The notes beneath the pieces are model-generated. The model ran no database searches. It was not told the origin of the DNA and worked only from the letters and a program-made list of their open reading frames with translations. A DNA stretch of 64,000 nucleotides from contig CAVVTZ010000007.1 in assembly GCA_963751275.1 (NCBI GenBank), positions 768,001-832,000 of the forward strand, in the 5' to 3' direction. The translations under genes were made by a program, and so were the position numbers. Source of the DNA: an uncultured Gemmatimonadaceae bacterium. Its GTDB lineage: Bacteria > Gemmatimonadota > Gemmatimonadetes > Gemmatimonadales > Gemmatimonadaceae. Positions 52,396-63,235 of this stretch are shown here, in pieces. How positions within the stretch are numbered: position 1 is the stretch's first letter; every line of letters begins with the position of its first letter.

Positions 52396-52890
52396 TTAGA
52401 GCCTACGGCCTCTTCGTTGCCAGTGTCCGCTCCTGCCTCCAGCCTTTTCGAGTAAGCAGATGTCGTTGATGCTCATGTCTTTATCGATTGCCTTGGCCAT
52501 GTCGTACACGGTGATCAAACTGACGGCCACTGCAGTGATCGCTTCCATTTCGACCCCGGTCTTTCCCGTCGTTCGGACGGTCGCCTCACAGCGTATCCCG
52601 GGGAGCTTCTTGTCGGACGTTAGAACAACTTTAACGTTAGCCAAATTCAGGGGGTGGCACAAGGGAATCAGGTCCGAAGTCCGCTTGGCTGCCATGATCC
52701 CTGCCACTTTGGCTACAGATAATACGTCTCCCTTGGCCAAAGAGTTCCGCTGAATGGCCATCAAAGTTTCGGCTTTCATTCGGATGCTCCCGCTGGCGGT
52801 CGCCACGCGGTCGGTATCCGGCTTGCCGGAGACATCCACCATCCGCGCCGACCCGTCGGGCGCAGCGTGCGAGAGCTTCTTCGCGGTCAT
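52396..52890 (-). CDS. moaC: Cyclic pyranopterin monophosphate synthase
   Basis: ARMVDVS, KGDVL, LIPLCHP, TGVEMEA, YDMAKA. Confidence 0.96.
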   Translation of the reverse strand: MTAKKLSHAAPDGSARMVDVSGKPDTDRVATASGSIRMKAETLMAIQRNSLAKGDVLSVAKVAGIMAAKRTSDLIPLCHPLNLANVKVVLTSDKKLPGIRCEATVRTTGKTGVEMEAITAVAVSLITVYDMAKAIDKDMSINDICLLEKAGGRSGHWQRRGRRL

Positions 52891-53963
52891 CCGAGTGTCC
52901 GCTCCAGCCGGCGCACGAGGGCGGCGCCGAGCAGGTGCGGATTGATGTTGTTCCCCGCGCTCTCGCGCGCCTCCTGCACCGCGTCGATCGCGCGGCTGGC
53001 AGCGACGGCGGCGTGGGGGTCGTTGTGCAGCACCGCCTCGCGCGCGCGTTGGTGTAGCAGCGACGTCATGGCGTCGAGCATGTCGGAGAAGAACCCGCGG
53101 GCCTTCGATCCACCGAGCGAGAGAATGGTGCGGGCCTGGGTCGCGCGGTCGCCGACGGCCGCGGCCAGCAGTTGGCGGGCGGCGGCGACGGCTTCCTCCC
53201 GCGACGATGAGGCGAGCAGCGTCCCCGGCGCTCCGGCGGCGAGCTCGGCGCGCGCGTCGTCCCCCTTGGGCGCGCCGGCCGCATCGAGCGCGGCGCGCAC
53301 CTGGGCATTGGCGAGCCAGGCGCGCACCTCGCGCTCCGGGAGAGGCGGCACGCGCATCGCCACGATGCGGGACCGGATCGTCGGCAGGAGGGCGCCGGGT
53401 TCGCTGGTCGTGATGATCACGGTCGTGTCCGTTGGCGGCTCCTCGAGCAGTTTCAAGAACGCGTTCGCCGCCGCCTCGGCGCCCGTCTGCGCGACCATGC
53501 GCTCGGCGTCGCCGACGATGATCACCTTACGCTGCGCGACCGTGGGCGTGTACGCGGCGTGCTGGACGAGGCCGCGCACGGAGGCGACGAAGATCGCCTC
53601 GAGTCCCGAGGGCGGCGGATAGAGTCCACCGTTCGCCGCGCGTTCGGCCGCGGCTTCGGCATATTCATCGAGTACTTCCTGCGGCGAGGGGTCGTCGGAG
53701 CCGTCGGCTTTGAGGCGCGGGAAGAACCAGCGCAGATCGGGGTGCACGAGTTGCAGCACGTACTTGCACTGCGTGCACGTGCCGCACGGGCGTTCGCCGG
53801 TGCCGTCGCAGAGCAGGAGCTGGCCGAGCCAGAGCGCGAGTCGCTGCTTGCCGGCGCCGCGCGGTCCGTGCAGGAGCAGGCTCGCCGGGAGGGCACCGCG
53901 CGCGACGGTCTCGCTGAGGCGGCGGCGGAGCGCATTGTGGCCGTAGAGCGGAAGGAGAGGCAC
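52887..53963 (-). CDS. holB: DNA polymerase III delta' subunit-like
   Basis: LLHGPRGAGK, PCGTCTQC, HPDL, ANAFLKLLEEPP, LPTIRSR. Confidence 0.88.
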   Translation of the reverse strand: MPLLPLYGHNALRRRLSETVARGALPASLLLHGPRGAGKQRLALWLGQLLLCDGTGERPCGTCTQCKYVLQLVHPDLRWFFPRLKADGSDDPSPQEVLDEYAEAAAERAANGGLYPPPSGLEAIFVASVRGLVQHAAYTPTVAQRKVIIVGDAERMVAQTGAEAAANAFLKLLEEPPTDTTVIITTSEPGALLPTIRSRIVAMRVPPLPEREVRAWLANAQVRAALDAAGAPKGDDARAELAAGAPGTLLASSSREEAVAAARQLLAAAVGDRATQARTILSLGGSKARGFFSDMLDAMTSLLHQRAREAVLHNDPHAAVAASRAIDAVQEARESAGNNINPHLLGAALVRRLERTLG

Positions 53964-53991
53964 GAATGGGAATATGGGGGGTTCAACATTG

Positions 53992-54073
53992 CAACGACAG
54001 ACGGTGGACGGCAGGACGCAGTACTACATGGGCGCCAACGACAGACGGCAGGCGGGAGGGCGCTGTACTACAT
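53992..54073. repeat. Imperfect 38-bp tandem direct repeat
   Basis: caacgacagacgg...gtactacat twice, period 44. Confidence 0.75.
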
Positions 54074-54106
54074 TCGGGGCGAAATTCCACCGAGCACGGA
54101 GGCGCA

Positions 54107-55151
54107 ATGCGGGTAGGGACAGGGATCGTCGCGGCTGGTTGCTTCATCCTCGCCGCCGCGGCGCGTGCGCAGTCGGGGACGATCATCGTCGTGAACAAGG
54201 CGGGATCCACGGTGTCGCTCGTGGATCTCAAGACACACGCGCTCACGGCGACGGTGCCGACCGGCGAGGGGCCGCACGAGACCGCGGTCTCGCCGGACGG
54301 CCGGCTGGCGCTCGTGACGGACTATGGGCCGGCGCGTTCCGCCGGCTCGACGATCACGGTGATCGACATTGCGCAGGGCGCGCTCGACAAGACGATCTCG
54401 ATCGCCCCGCACCGCCGCCCGCACGGGATCGTGTGGCTCCCCGACGGGAAGCGCGCGCTCGTGACGTCCGAATCCGACAGCGCACTGCTCGTCGTGGATG
54501 TGGACAGCGGCGCCGTGACGTCGGTGATCCGCACCGGGCAGGCGGGCTCGCAGCTCATTGCGCTCACGCCGGACGGCGAACGCGTGTACGTCACGAATCT
54601 CATCTCGGGCAGCGTGACGCTCCTCGACTTGGCGACGCACGCGGCGCTGCGCACGGCCGTGGTCCCGGGGGGCGCCGAGGGGCTGGCGCTCCGTCCCGAC
54701 GGAAAGGAGGTGTGGGTGACCAGCCGCGCGTCGGACCGGATCACCGTGCTGTCGGCCGATGATCTGTCGGTGCTGGCGACGATCGAGACCGGCAAGTATC
54801 CGAATGCGCCTGCGCTTCACGCCCGACGGGAAGCTGGCGCTGGTCACGTGCGCGAAGTCATCGGAGTTGCGATTGATCGACGTGGAGCGCCGGAAGGAGG
54901 CGGCCTCGATCAAGATGGAGGTGTCGAAGGCCGCGCTGCACGGCGCGACGTCGGCGGAGGGCTACGAGACGAACACGGTGCCGCTGGGGATCGCGATGTC
55001 GCCGGACGGGGCGTGGGCGTTCGTGGCGCTGGGAGGGACGGATGCGGTGGCGGCGGTGTCGATCAGCAAGCGGGACATCGTGTGGGTGGGATTCGTTGGG
55101 CGGGAACCGGAAGGGATCGCGTATTCATCCATCGTGCGGCGGCCGGCTGAA

Positions 55152-55154
<3 letters not shown>
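54107..55154 (+). CDS. YVTN/YncE beta-propeller protein, +1 frameshift near 54803
   Basis: Repeated SPDG/TPDG..YVTN blades; signal peptide. Confidence 0.85.
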
Positions 55155-55962
<808 letters not shown>

Positions 55963-56028
55963 CTACGCTCCTGTGAGTGTCATCGAGCGGCGAAGATGCG
56001 TCGCGCCGGCGGATCCGCTAGAGTGTGG

Positions 56029-56163
56029 CGCCCCGAACGCCGTCATTGGTCCCCCGAACTCCGTGAATCGCGAGTGGTTCGTCGTACCACGAACGACTCG
56101 TCATTCACGGAGTTCGGGGTACCAATGACGTGCGTCGAGGTTCGACAAACGGAGTTCGGGGTG
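56029..56163. repeat. Palindromic element, family B
   Basis: cgtcattggtcccccgaactccgtgaat ... attcacggagttcggggtaccaatgacg, plus an outer ccccgaacgccgt/acggagttcgggg pair. Confidence 0.85.
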
Positions 56164-56221
56164 TGACGAGTGGAACCACTGGCGAGTGGAGCGTATAGTA
56201 TCGTCTAACCCAACCGGCGAG

Positions 56222-56936
56222 TTGCGAGTGGTCAGCAGGCATCATTGGATCGTGAGGCTCACCCACTGGATCAACGTGGTCGCGCTGACCGTGATGGTCG
56301 GGAGCGGGCTGCGCATCTTCAACGCGTATCCGGCGTTCGCGCGGCGCGGCGATTCGTTCTGCTGCTATCCCTTCGCCGGCGATCCGATCCCGGCGAAGCT
56401 CACCTTCGGCGCCTGGCTTGGCGGGGCGCGGCACTGGCACTTCGCGATGATGTGGGTGCTGGCCCTGAACGGGCTCGTGTATCTCACCTTCGTCTATCTG
56501 CACGGCGAATGGCGCGATCTCGTCCCGCGGCGCGGCGACATCCGTGATGCGTGGGAGATGGTCAAGTTCTACACGTTCCGCGCGAAAGGATCATCCGCAC
56601 GGCGGCAAGCACAACGCGCTGCAGAAGGCGACGTACTTCGCGATGCCGATCCTCGGCGCGCTCGCGGTGATCACCGGGCTCGCGATCTGGAAGCCGGTGC
56701 AGTTGGGCTGGCTCACGAACCTCATGGGCGGCTACGTGTGGGCGCGCTATTGGCACTTCCTCGTGATGATCGCGCTCGTCGTGCTCTCGGTGGGGCACGT
56801 GTTCATGGTGTTCGCGGTGGATCCGTATTCATTGCGCTCGATGCTCACCGGCGGCTACAACGAGAAGAATTCGCCCGAGGCGCGCAACGCGCGGCCGTTC
56901 TACCATCTGCTGCCGAGGAAGACCGATGACGGTTGA
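56222..56936 (+). CDS. Cytochrome b membrane subunit (Ni/Fe-hydrogenase cyt b-like), +1 frameshift near 56580
   Basis: RLTHWIN, SGLRIFNAYP, RHWHF, KHNALQK.TY, WKPVQ, RYWHF, HVFM; start approximate. Confidence 0.85.
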
Positions 56937-57640
56937 CCGGCGGGACTTCCTGCGCACCGGCGCGTTCGCGCTCGCGGCGGCGGTGCTGGAGGCGTGCGAC
57001 AGCCGGGGGCCGGCCGCGGCGAAGCCGCTGCTGCAGTTCGCGGAGCAGAAGAACGCCGTGGTGGAGGCGGGACTCTTCCGCCACCGGTCCATCGACCGCG
57101 CGAGCGCGCGGGCGGCGTCGGCGGGACACTCGTTCCCGTCGTACTTCATCTCGGAGCACGTCCCGATGTGGGACGAGAAGGTGCGCGGCCCCTGGTCGCT
57201 CGAGGTGAGCGGCGCGGTGAAGACGCCGCTGAAGCTGTCGCTCGACGATCTGATGAAGCTGCCCGCGATCCAGCAGCGCGTGGACCACTTCTGCGTGGAG
57301 GGCTGGACCGCGGTGGCGGTCTGGCGCGGCGTACGCGTGAGCGAGCTCGCGCGGCTCGCCGGCATCACGCCCGACGCCGGCTTCGTCGACTTCCAGAGCT
57401 TCGACGACGGCTATCACGAGTCGTGGGACCTCGCGAGCGCGATGCATCCGCAGACGCTCGTCGCCTACGCGATGGATGATCACATGCTCGGCGTCGACCA
57501 CGGCGCGCCGGCGCGCATCCATTCGCCGGTGAAGCTCGGCTACAAGAACACGAAGTACCTCACGAAGATCGTGTTCCTGCCAGAGCGCGAACGGGGGGTA
57601 CTGGAGTGACGAGGGGTACGAGTGGTTCGGAGGTACCTGA
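56926..57640 (+). CDS. Molybdopterin oxidoreductase (sulfite oxidase/MsrP-like), +1 frameshift near 57589
   Basis: Tat motif RRDFL, HFCVEGW, HPQTL, HGAPAR, KLGYKNTK; GGYWSDEGYEWFGG in the shifted frame. Confidence 0.88.
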
Positions 57641-57666
57641 AGCGAACGACGTAAGACGTTAGACGC

Positions 57667-58122
57667 TCAGCGCGCATTCTGGCGCCGAGCTGAACGTCTC
57701 CCGGTCGATTCTTGGACCGCGATGCGGAAGACGATGTCGCGGAAGGGGACGGGGTCGTCTTCGCGGAAGGTCGCGGGCAGGAGACGGCGCAGGATCGTGA
57801 GGGCATCGGCCCATTCGTTCTTGGCGCCGGGCGGGACCTCGGGCTCGAGGATGTAGATGCCGCCGTGCACGACGACGCTCTGCCAGTCGAAGAACGACTT
57901 CACCTCATCGACCTCGAACGCCACCCACTTGTTCTTCTCGAGTGTCGCGAGCTTCGTGCCCAGCGATGTGCGCCCGTACAGCCAGCCGCCGGAATGCACG
58001 TAGCTGATCGGCTCGATGTTCACGCGGTCGTGCATCGAGTAGGCGAGGCGGCCGACATGATTGCGCTCGAGGAGCGCGGTGATCTCCTCGGGAGTCAGAT
58101 CACTGATATGCGGGCTGTCCAT
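57667..58122 (-). CDS. Pyridoxamine 5'-phosphate oxidase-like flavin-binding protein
   Basis: VGRLA, GTK, VAFEVDE, WQSVVVHG, TGR. Confidence 0.88.
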   Translation of the reverse strand: MDSPHISDLTPEEITALLERNHVGRLAYSMHDRVNIEPISYVHSGGWLYGRTSLGTKLATLEKNKWVAFEVDEVKSFFDWQSVVVHGGIYILEPEVPPGAKNEWADALTILRRLLPATFREDDPVPFRDIVFRIAVQESTGRRSARRQNAR

Positions 58123-58164
58123 GCCTTTAGTCTGGGGCCATGGAACGGGAAGCTCAAGGTGAAC

Positions 58165-58314
58165 GGCGCGCCTAGTTCCTAGTACCGCTGAAGAAGCGCG
58201 TGTAGCAACTGAGCGTATAGTACTCCTCGGCGGGAGTAGCTACCCACGCAGAGGTGTACCATACGCTCAGTTGCCAGACGCGCTCTTCCAGCGGTACTAG
58301 TAGCTAGACACGCC
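58165..58314. repeat. Palindromic element, family A (diverged)
   Basis: ctagtaccgctg...gcaactgagcgtat / atacgctcagttgc...cagcggtactag. Confidence 0.82.
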
Positions 58315-58319
58315 CTTGT

Positions 58320-59351
58320 TCAATTCGCCTTTACGAGCCGCACCTCCCCCGACCCGCTCTCGATCTTGATCGTGCCCTTGCCGTCGCCGATCTTGCCGAC
58401 GAGGCGGTCGCTCTCGTAGTGGCTGACCTGGATCTCCATCTCGGCCTTCACGCCGCCGCTGCCGGCGTCGATGTCGAGCTGGGCGCCGAGCGTGGACGGG
58501 ATGTGCAGGGTGACGGTTCCGGACCCGCTATCGATGTCCAGGCGGTCCACGTCGCCCGTGAGGGCGATGTCCACGTCGCCGCTGCCGGAGTCGAGTGAGA
58601 TCGAGCGCGCGCCGAGTCCGGTGATCGTGACCTCGCCCGAACCGCTGTCGAGGTCGGCCTTGTCCACCGTGATCGCGTCGGCGCGGATGTCGCCGGAGCC
58701 GGAATCGAGCTTGAGGATCGAGCCCGTCACCTTCGAGATCGTGACCTCGCCCGATCCGCTGTCGATCGTGAGGTCGCCGTCGGCGTTGGCGATCTTCGCG
58801 GTGCCGGAGCCGGTGTCGAGCGACAGGCTGCCCTTGGTGTTCTCGGTGGTGACGTCGGCGCCGGCGGCATCGACGCTGATGTTGCCGTTCACGTTCGAAA
58901 TGCTCACGCTGCCGACGCCGAGGTTGAGCGTCACGGTCTTGCCCGCGGGAATGCTCACGACGAGGTTCGCCGCGGCCTCGAGGCCGCTGCCGTCGCCGGT
59001 GATCCGCACGCGGTGGCCGCCGCTGCGGCCATTGAACGTGCCGTCATCGTACACGTCGAGCGTGGTGGTCGAGTGGCGGCCGAGCTTGGGGTAGATGATG
59101 TGCGTGTCGGGGAAGATGACGCGCAGGGTGTTCTTGGAGCCGATCATGCCGGTCTCGATCGTGAGCTTGGAGGCGTCGGGGCCGGTGCGCGACACGGCGA
59201 CGGACACATCGCTGCCCGTGCCCGCGACGGCGCGGATCTCACCGACGAGGTCGTAGATCGCGATGCTCGAGCCGCTCAAGGAGCGTTGATCGGACTGGGC
59301 GACGAGGATGGTCGGGGCGAGCAATAAGGCGGCAACGAGATGCGGGCGCAT
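58320..59351 (-). CDS. DUF4097-like beta-strand repeat protein
   Basis: Signal peptide; repeated (L/I)DSGSG(D/E)V units. Confidence 0.85.
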   Translation of the reverse strand: MRPHLVAALLLAPTILVAQSDQRSLSGSSIAIYDLVGEIRAVAGTGSDVSVAVSRTGPDASKLTIETGMIGSKNTLRVIFPDTHIIYPKLGRHSTTTLDVYDDGTFNGRSGGHRVRITGDGSGLEAAANLVVSIPAGKTVTLNLGVGSVSISNVNGNISVDAAGADVTTENTKGSLSLDTGSGTAKIANADGDLTIDSGSGEVTISKVTGSILKLDSGSGDIRADAITVDKADLDSGSGEVTITGLGARSISLDSGSGDVDIALTGDVDRLDIDSGSGTVTLHIPSTLGAQLDIDAGSGGVKAEMEIQVSHYESDRLVGKIGDGKGTIKIESGSGEVRLVKAN

Positions 59352-59422
59352 GGGGGGCTCAATGGGGTAGAGGACTTAGCTTCGACAGCCCCTACGCGCG
59401 CTTGGTTGGAAGAGATTCTCCA

Positions 59423-59591
59423 ACTACTAACGGCGTTGCTGGAACCCCTCACCACGTACTTGGTCCCCCGAACTCCGTTGATGGGAGCTGAGGCGTGGTC
59501 ACGGCTAGTGCGTTCCTAGCAACGCCCTAGCCGTGACCACGCCTCAGTTGCTATCAACGGAGTTCGGGGGACCAGCAACGCCGTGTCTAGT
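59423..59591. repeat. Palindromic element, family B
   Basis: tggtcccccgaactccgttgat...atcaacggagttcgggggacca; near-identical to the 61349 copy. Confidence 0.9.
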
Positions 59592-59593
59592 CG

Positions 59594-60409
59594 TCAGGAC
59601 GGGATCAACACTCCGGCATCAAGGAGCGCATTGGCGATCTCGAGTCCTTCCCGCGGCGCCATTGATGCGGCATTGATCGCGTCGGAGAGTGGCCGCTCGC
59701 CGTCCAGGTAAGCCGTGAGCGACTCGATCGTCTCGGTCCAGCGGAGCACCGTGACGCGTCCGCGGGGGGAGCGCGCGAACACGAGGGTGGTCTCGGACTT
59801 CTCCGTCGCGGGCGGATCGGCGGGCGCGTCATCGTTCGCGGCCAGCGCCAGTAGCGGCTGGAAGATCGCGGGCAGGTCCCACGCGAAGCGCAGCACCGAC
59901 GCATCCGGATTGACGACGACGGCCAGCTGCGGGCGCGCGCGCAGCGGCGCGCCGCTCACCACGCGCGGCCCGCTCTCGGCGATGAGCTGCGCGTTCTCGT
60001 AGCGCACGAGGTCGGCCGCGTAGGGGGGCGCGCCGCGCGCGTCGGCGAGATAGGCCTGGACGAGGCGCGCGATGTCGCGCGCGGTGGTGCGGCTGCCCAG
60101 GATGATCGTGGGCATGAGGTTCGCGAATTCGGGGGTGTTGAGCAGCCCCGTGGGCGACCGGCCCGTGAAGCGCGAGAGCGCCCGCGAATACTTGTGATAG
60201 TGCGTGATGCGCCGGAGGTAGAACTCGCGCGCGAGGAATCGCGCGTAGCGGTCGATGCGCCGCGCCTCGCCGGCGCGGATCTTGTCCACCTGCGCGGCGG
60301 AGAGGCCGCCATACGCGGTGCCGCCATCCACGTGCGTCAGCGCGTGACGGAAGGGGGCGTCCGCCAAGAGCCGGATCAGCGAATCCTGGAGCGCGCGGTC
60401 GGCGTCCAT
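59594..60409 (-). CDS. DUF692 partner protein (DUF2063/RRE-like)
   Basis: ADLVRYE, LRFAWDL, C-terminal wHTH-like LDGERPL...LLDAGVL; starts 2 nt after the DUF692 stop. Confidence 0.65.
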   Translation of the reverse strand: MDADRALQDSLIRLLADAPFRHALTHVDGGTAYGGLSAAQVDKIRAGEARRIDRYARFLAREFYLRRITHYHKYSRALSRFTGRSPTGLLNTPEFANLMPTIILGSRTTARDIARLVQAYLADARGAPPYAADLVRYENAQLIAESGPRVVSGAPLRARPQLAVVVNPDASVLRFAWDLPAIFQPLLALAANDDAPADPPATEKSETTLVFARSPRGRVTVLRWTETIESLTAYLDGERPLSDAINAASMAPREGLEIANALLDAGVLIPS

Positions 60410-60411
60410 GC

Positions 60412-61281
60412 TCAGCGCGCCAGCCGTTCGCGGAGCTGCGTGACGGCGCCGATCACCAGGCGCGCCTCGAGCGCGGGGCTGGTGGCGTCGAAGGTCACGG
60501 CGCGCACGCCCCGGCAGCAATCCACCGCGTACTGCGTGAACTCCATCATCTCCTCGCTCGGCGCGGCGGGCGCCATCCACGGGCCCTCGAGATCGGCGTC
60601 CTCGCTCATGCCGCCCGTGTGGATCACCGACACGCGCTCCAGCGGATATTCATGGAGCAGTCCGTACGGATCGGTGTTGCGCAGCTCGGCGCTCACCCAC
60701 AGGTGAGCGAGGTTGAGCAACAGCGCGCCGCGGCTCGTCTCGAGCAGGCGCGTCACGAAGCGACCTTCGCTCACGGCGCTGCCCGGGAGCGTGAAGGCCG
60801 ACGGCACGTTCTCGATGAGCAGCGGGCGGCCGAGCGCGGCGGCGAGCGTGAGGATGTTCGCGGTGAAGCGCTCGCGCATCTCGTCGGTGTAGAGCGGCGG
60901 GAAGACGGAATCGAGATCGTATTTCCCGTCGAGCGTGCGCATGCATTGCACGCGCTCGGTGACCCACGGCGCATTGCAGATGGCGGCGAGTTGCTTGAGG
61001 ACTTCGGTGGCGCGTTCGTCGAACGGGTCGGCGAGCTGGCCGTGCAGGTCGTGCACCGGAAGGGCGAGGCGCTCGCGCAGGGCGGGGAAGTGCGGATCGC
61101 TCTGGCGTGGCGGCTCGGTGATGACGAGATGGTCGAAGAGCTCGGCGGCGGAGAGGAGCTCGCGTCCGATGTGCGGATTGTAGCAGGCGCCGATCCAGAG
61201 GCCCGCGGAGCGCGGTTTGGCCGGCGGCGGAGGAGCGCCGGCCGGCGCGGGAGGAGCGGAAGGAGGCGATTCGTCGGCCAT
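60412..61281 (-). CDS. DUF692/MNIO-family protein with degenerate metal site
   Basis: PVH, APWVTE, FPPLYT, LGRPLLIENVP, SEGRFV, LLLNLAHLWVSA, PLERVSVIHTGG. Confidence 0.8.
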   Translation of the reverse strand: MADESPPSAPPAPAGAPPPPAKPRSAGLWIGACYNPHIGRELLSAAELFDHLVITEPPRQSDPHFPALRERLALPVHDLHGQLADPFDERATEVLKQLAAICNAPWVTERVQCMRTLDGKYDLDSVFPPLYTDEMRERFTANILTLAAALGRPLLIENVPSAFTLPGSAVSEGRFVTRLLETSRGALLLNLAHLWVSAELRNTDPYGLLHEYPLERVSVIHTGGMSEDADLEGPWMAPAAPSEEMMEFTQYAVDCCRGVRAVTFDATSPALEARLVIGAVTQLRERLAR

Positions 61282-61348
61282 GCGGGTGAACAAGAGTTAT
61301 CGGGGTCCACGTGGCGGGGCAAGACCACGAACGTTTCAACGGCGTGAG

Positions 61349-61504
61349 TGGCGACCCAAACCACGTTCTTGGTCCCCCGACCTCCGTTGATAGCAATTGA
61401 GGGGTGGCCACGGCGAATGCGTTCCTAGCAACGCTCTAGCCGTGACCACGCCTCAGTTGCTATCAACGGAGGTCGGGGGACCAAGGACGACGTTCGGGTC
61501 GCCA
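61349..61504. repeat. Palindromic element, family B
   Basis: tggcgaccc...ttggtcccccgacctccgttgatagcaa / ttgctatcaacggaggtcgggggaccaa...gggtcgcca. Confidence 0.9.
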
Positions 61505-61563
61505 TTCTCTCGTCGCCGGCATCTCCTGATTGCGCGAGGTCGAGTGCGTTCATAGCGTTCGGC

Positions 61564-62079
61564 ATGAGCAAGAGTGCCCGTTCTCCCTACGCAAAGCTGC
61601 GCGACATGTGGCTGCGTCTGAGTCCGCTGCCGGGTGGGAAATGGATGTTCATCAAGGCGCTGGGGTACACGGCGCCTTATACGCGCACCATTGGCGCGCG
61701 CGTGGTGGAGCTGCGCGAAGGGTACGCGAAGGTGACGATGCGCGACCGGTGGACCGTGCGGAACCATTTGCGGTCCGTGCACGCGATCGCGCTCATGAAC
61801 ATGGGCGAGCTGACCACCGGACTCGCGGGGACGTTCGGCCTGCCGGATGATTCGCGCGGGATCCCCGTGCGGCTCGAGATCCAGTTCCTGAAGAAGGCGC
61901 GCGGGCTGCTGACGGCGGAGTGCACGACGGGGCCGGTGGATGCGCGGACCGAGAAAGAGTACGACTTCGTCGCGGTGATCCGGAACGCGGCGGGCGAGGA
62001 TGTGGCGCGCTGCACGGCGCGCTGGCGGATCGGACCGGCGGCCCCGTCCGCCGCGACTGCCGCGGCGGCCGCGCGGTGA
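61564..62079 (+). CDS. Hotdog-fold (PaaI/DUF4442-like) protein
   Basis: APYTRTIG, NHLRSVHAIAL, GE, FLKKARG. Confidence 0.85.
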   Translation: MSKSARSPYAKLRDMWLRLSPLPGGKWMFIKALGYTAPYTRTIGARVVELREGYAKVTMRDRWTVRNHLRSVHAIALMNMGELTTGLAGTFGLPDDSRGIPVRLEIQFLKKARGLLTAECTTGPVDARTEKEYDFVAVIRNAAGEDVARCTARWRIGPAAPSAATAAAAAR

Positions 62080-63063
62080 GCTTCGCGTCGCTGCTGGACA
62101 CGCCGTTCACGCGGCAGGCGCAGCATCGAGGTGCCGCTCATCGGCGGCGCGATGTACCCGTGCGGGAATCCGGAGCTCATCGCGGCGGTGTCGGAGGCGG
62201 GCGGGATCGGCATCGTCCAGCCGATCTCGCTCACGTACGTGCACGGGCACGAGTATCGCGAGGGGCTGCAGTTCATCAAGTCGCTGACGAAGAAGCCGGT
62301 GGGGATGAACGCGCTCATCGAGCAGTCATCGAAGACGTACCACGAGAAGATGGTGCGATGGGTGAACATCGCGGTGGAGGAAGGGATCCGGTTCTTCGTG
62401 ACGTCGCTGGGAAATCCGCGCTGGGTGGTGGACGCGGTGCGCGGCGCCGGGGGGGTGGTCTACCACGACGTGACCGAGCGGAAGTGGGCGCAGAAGGGGC
62501 TCGACGGCGGCGTGCAGGGGCTGATCGCGGTGAACAACCGCGCGGGCGGCCATGCCGGGCCGAAGAGCGCGCAGCAGTTGATCGACGAGCTGGGCGATCT
62601 GGGCGTGCCGATGATCTGCGCCGGCGGCGTGGGCGACGCGCCCGACTTCGTGGCGGCACTCAGGATGGGTTACGCCGGCGTGCAGATGGGCACGCGATTC
62701 ATCGCGACGCCGGAGTGCCGGGCGTCGGATGCGTACAAACGGGCGATCGTGGACAGCGACGCGTCGCGGATCGTGCTCACCGAGCGGATCACGGGCGTGC
62801 CGGTGGCGGTGATCGATACGCCGACGATCGAGAAGATGGGGCTGAAGGCGGGGCCGCTCGCGCGCTGGATGCTCCGCGGGCGGAAGCGGAAGCACTGGAT
62901 GCGGATGATCTACGCGCTCAAATCGCTGCACTCCTTGAAGAAGGCGTCGCTGAGCGAGACCGCTGACTATTGGCAGGCCGGAAAATCGGTGGACGGGATC
63001 ACGGCGATCGAGCCGGCGGGCAGCATCGTGCGCAGATTCGCGAACGCGGCGAGAACTGCCTAG
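62076..63063 (+). CDS. Nitronate monooxygenase/FabK-family flavoprotein, +1 frameshift near 62120
   Basis: PLIGGAM, AVSEAGGIG, AGGHAG, AGGVG, GVQMGTRFIAT.E, WQAG. Confidence 0.88.
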
Positions 63064-63082
63064 AACGGCGAACCCCTAGATC

Positions 63083-63221
63083 CGTACTTGGTCCCCCGAA
63101 CTCCGCTGGTGGTCTTAGCGTCTGGTAACTGCTGAGGCGTCCTTCGTGTTGCGCATACCAGCAACGCCTGAGCCGTGGCCACGCGCCAAGGCCACATCCG
63201 GAGTTCGGGGGACCAAGTACG
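63083..63221. repeat. Family B element with conserved ends and diverged interior
   Basis: Perfect 23-bp inverted repeat cgtacttggtcccccgaactccg / cggagttcgggggaccaagtacg. Confidence 0.88.
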
Positions 63222-63235
63222 TAGTTAGGGAGTGT

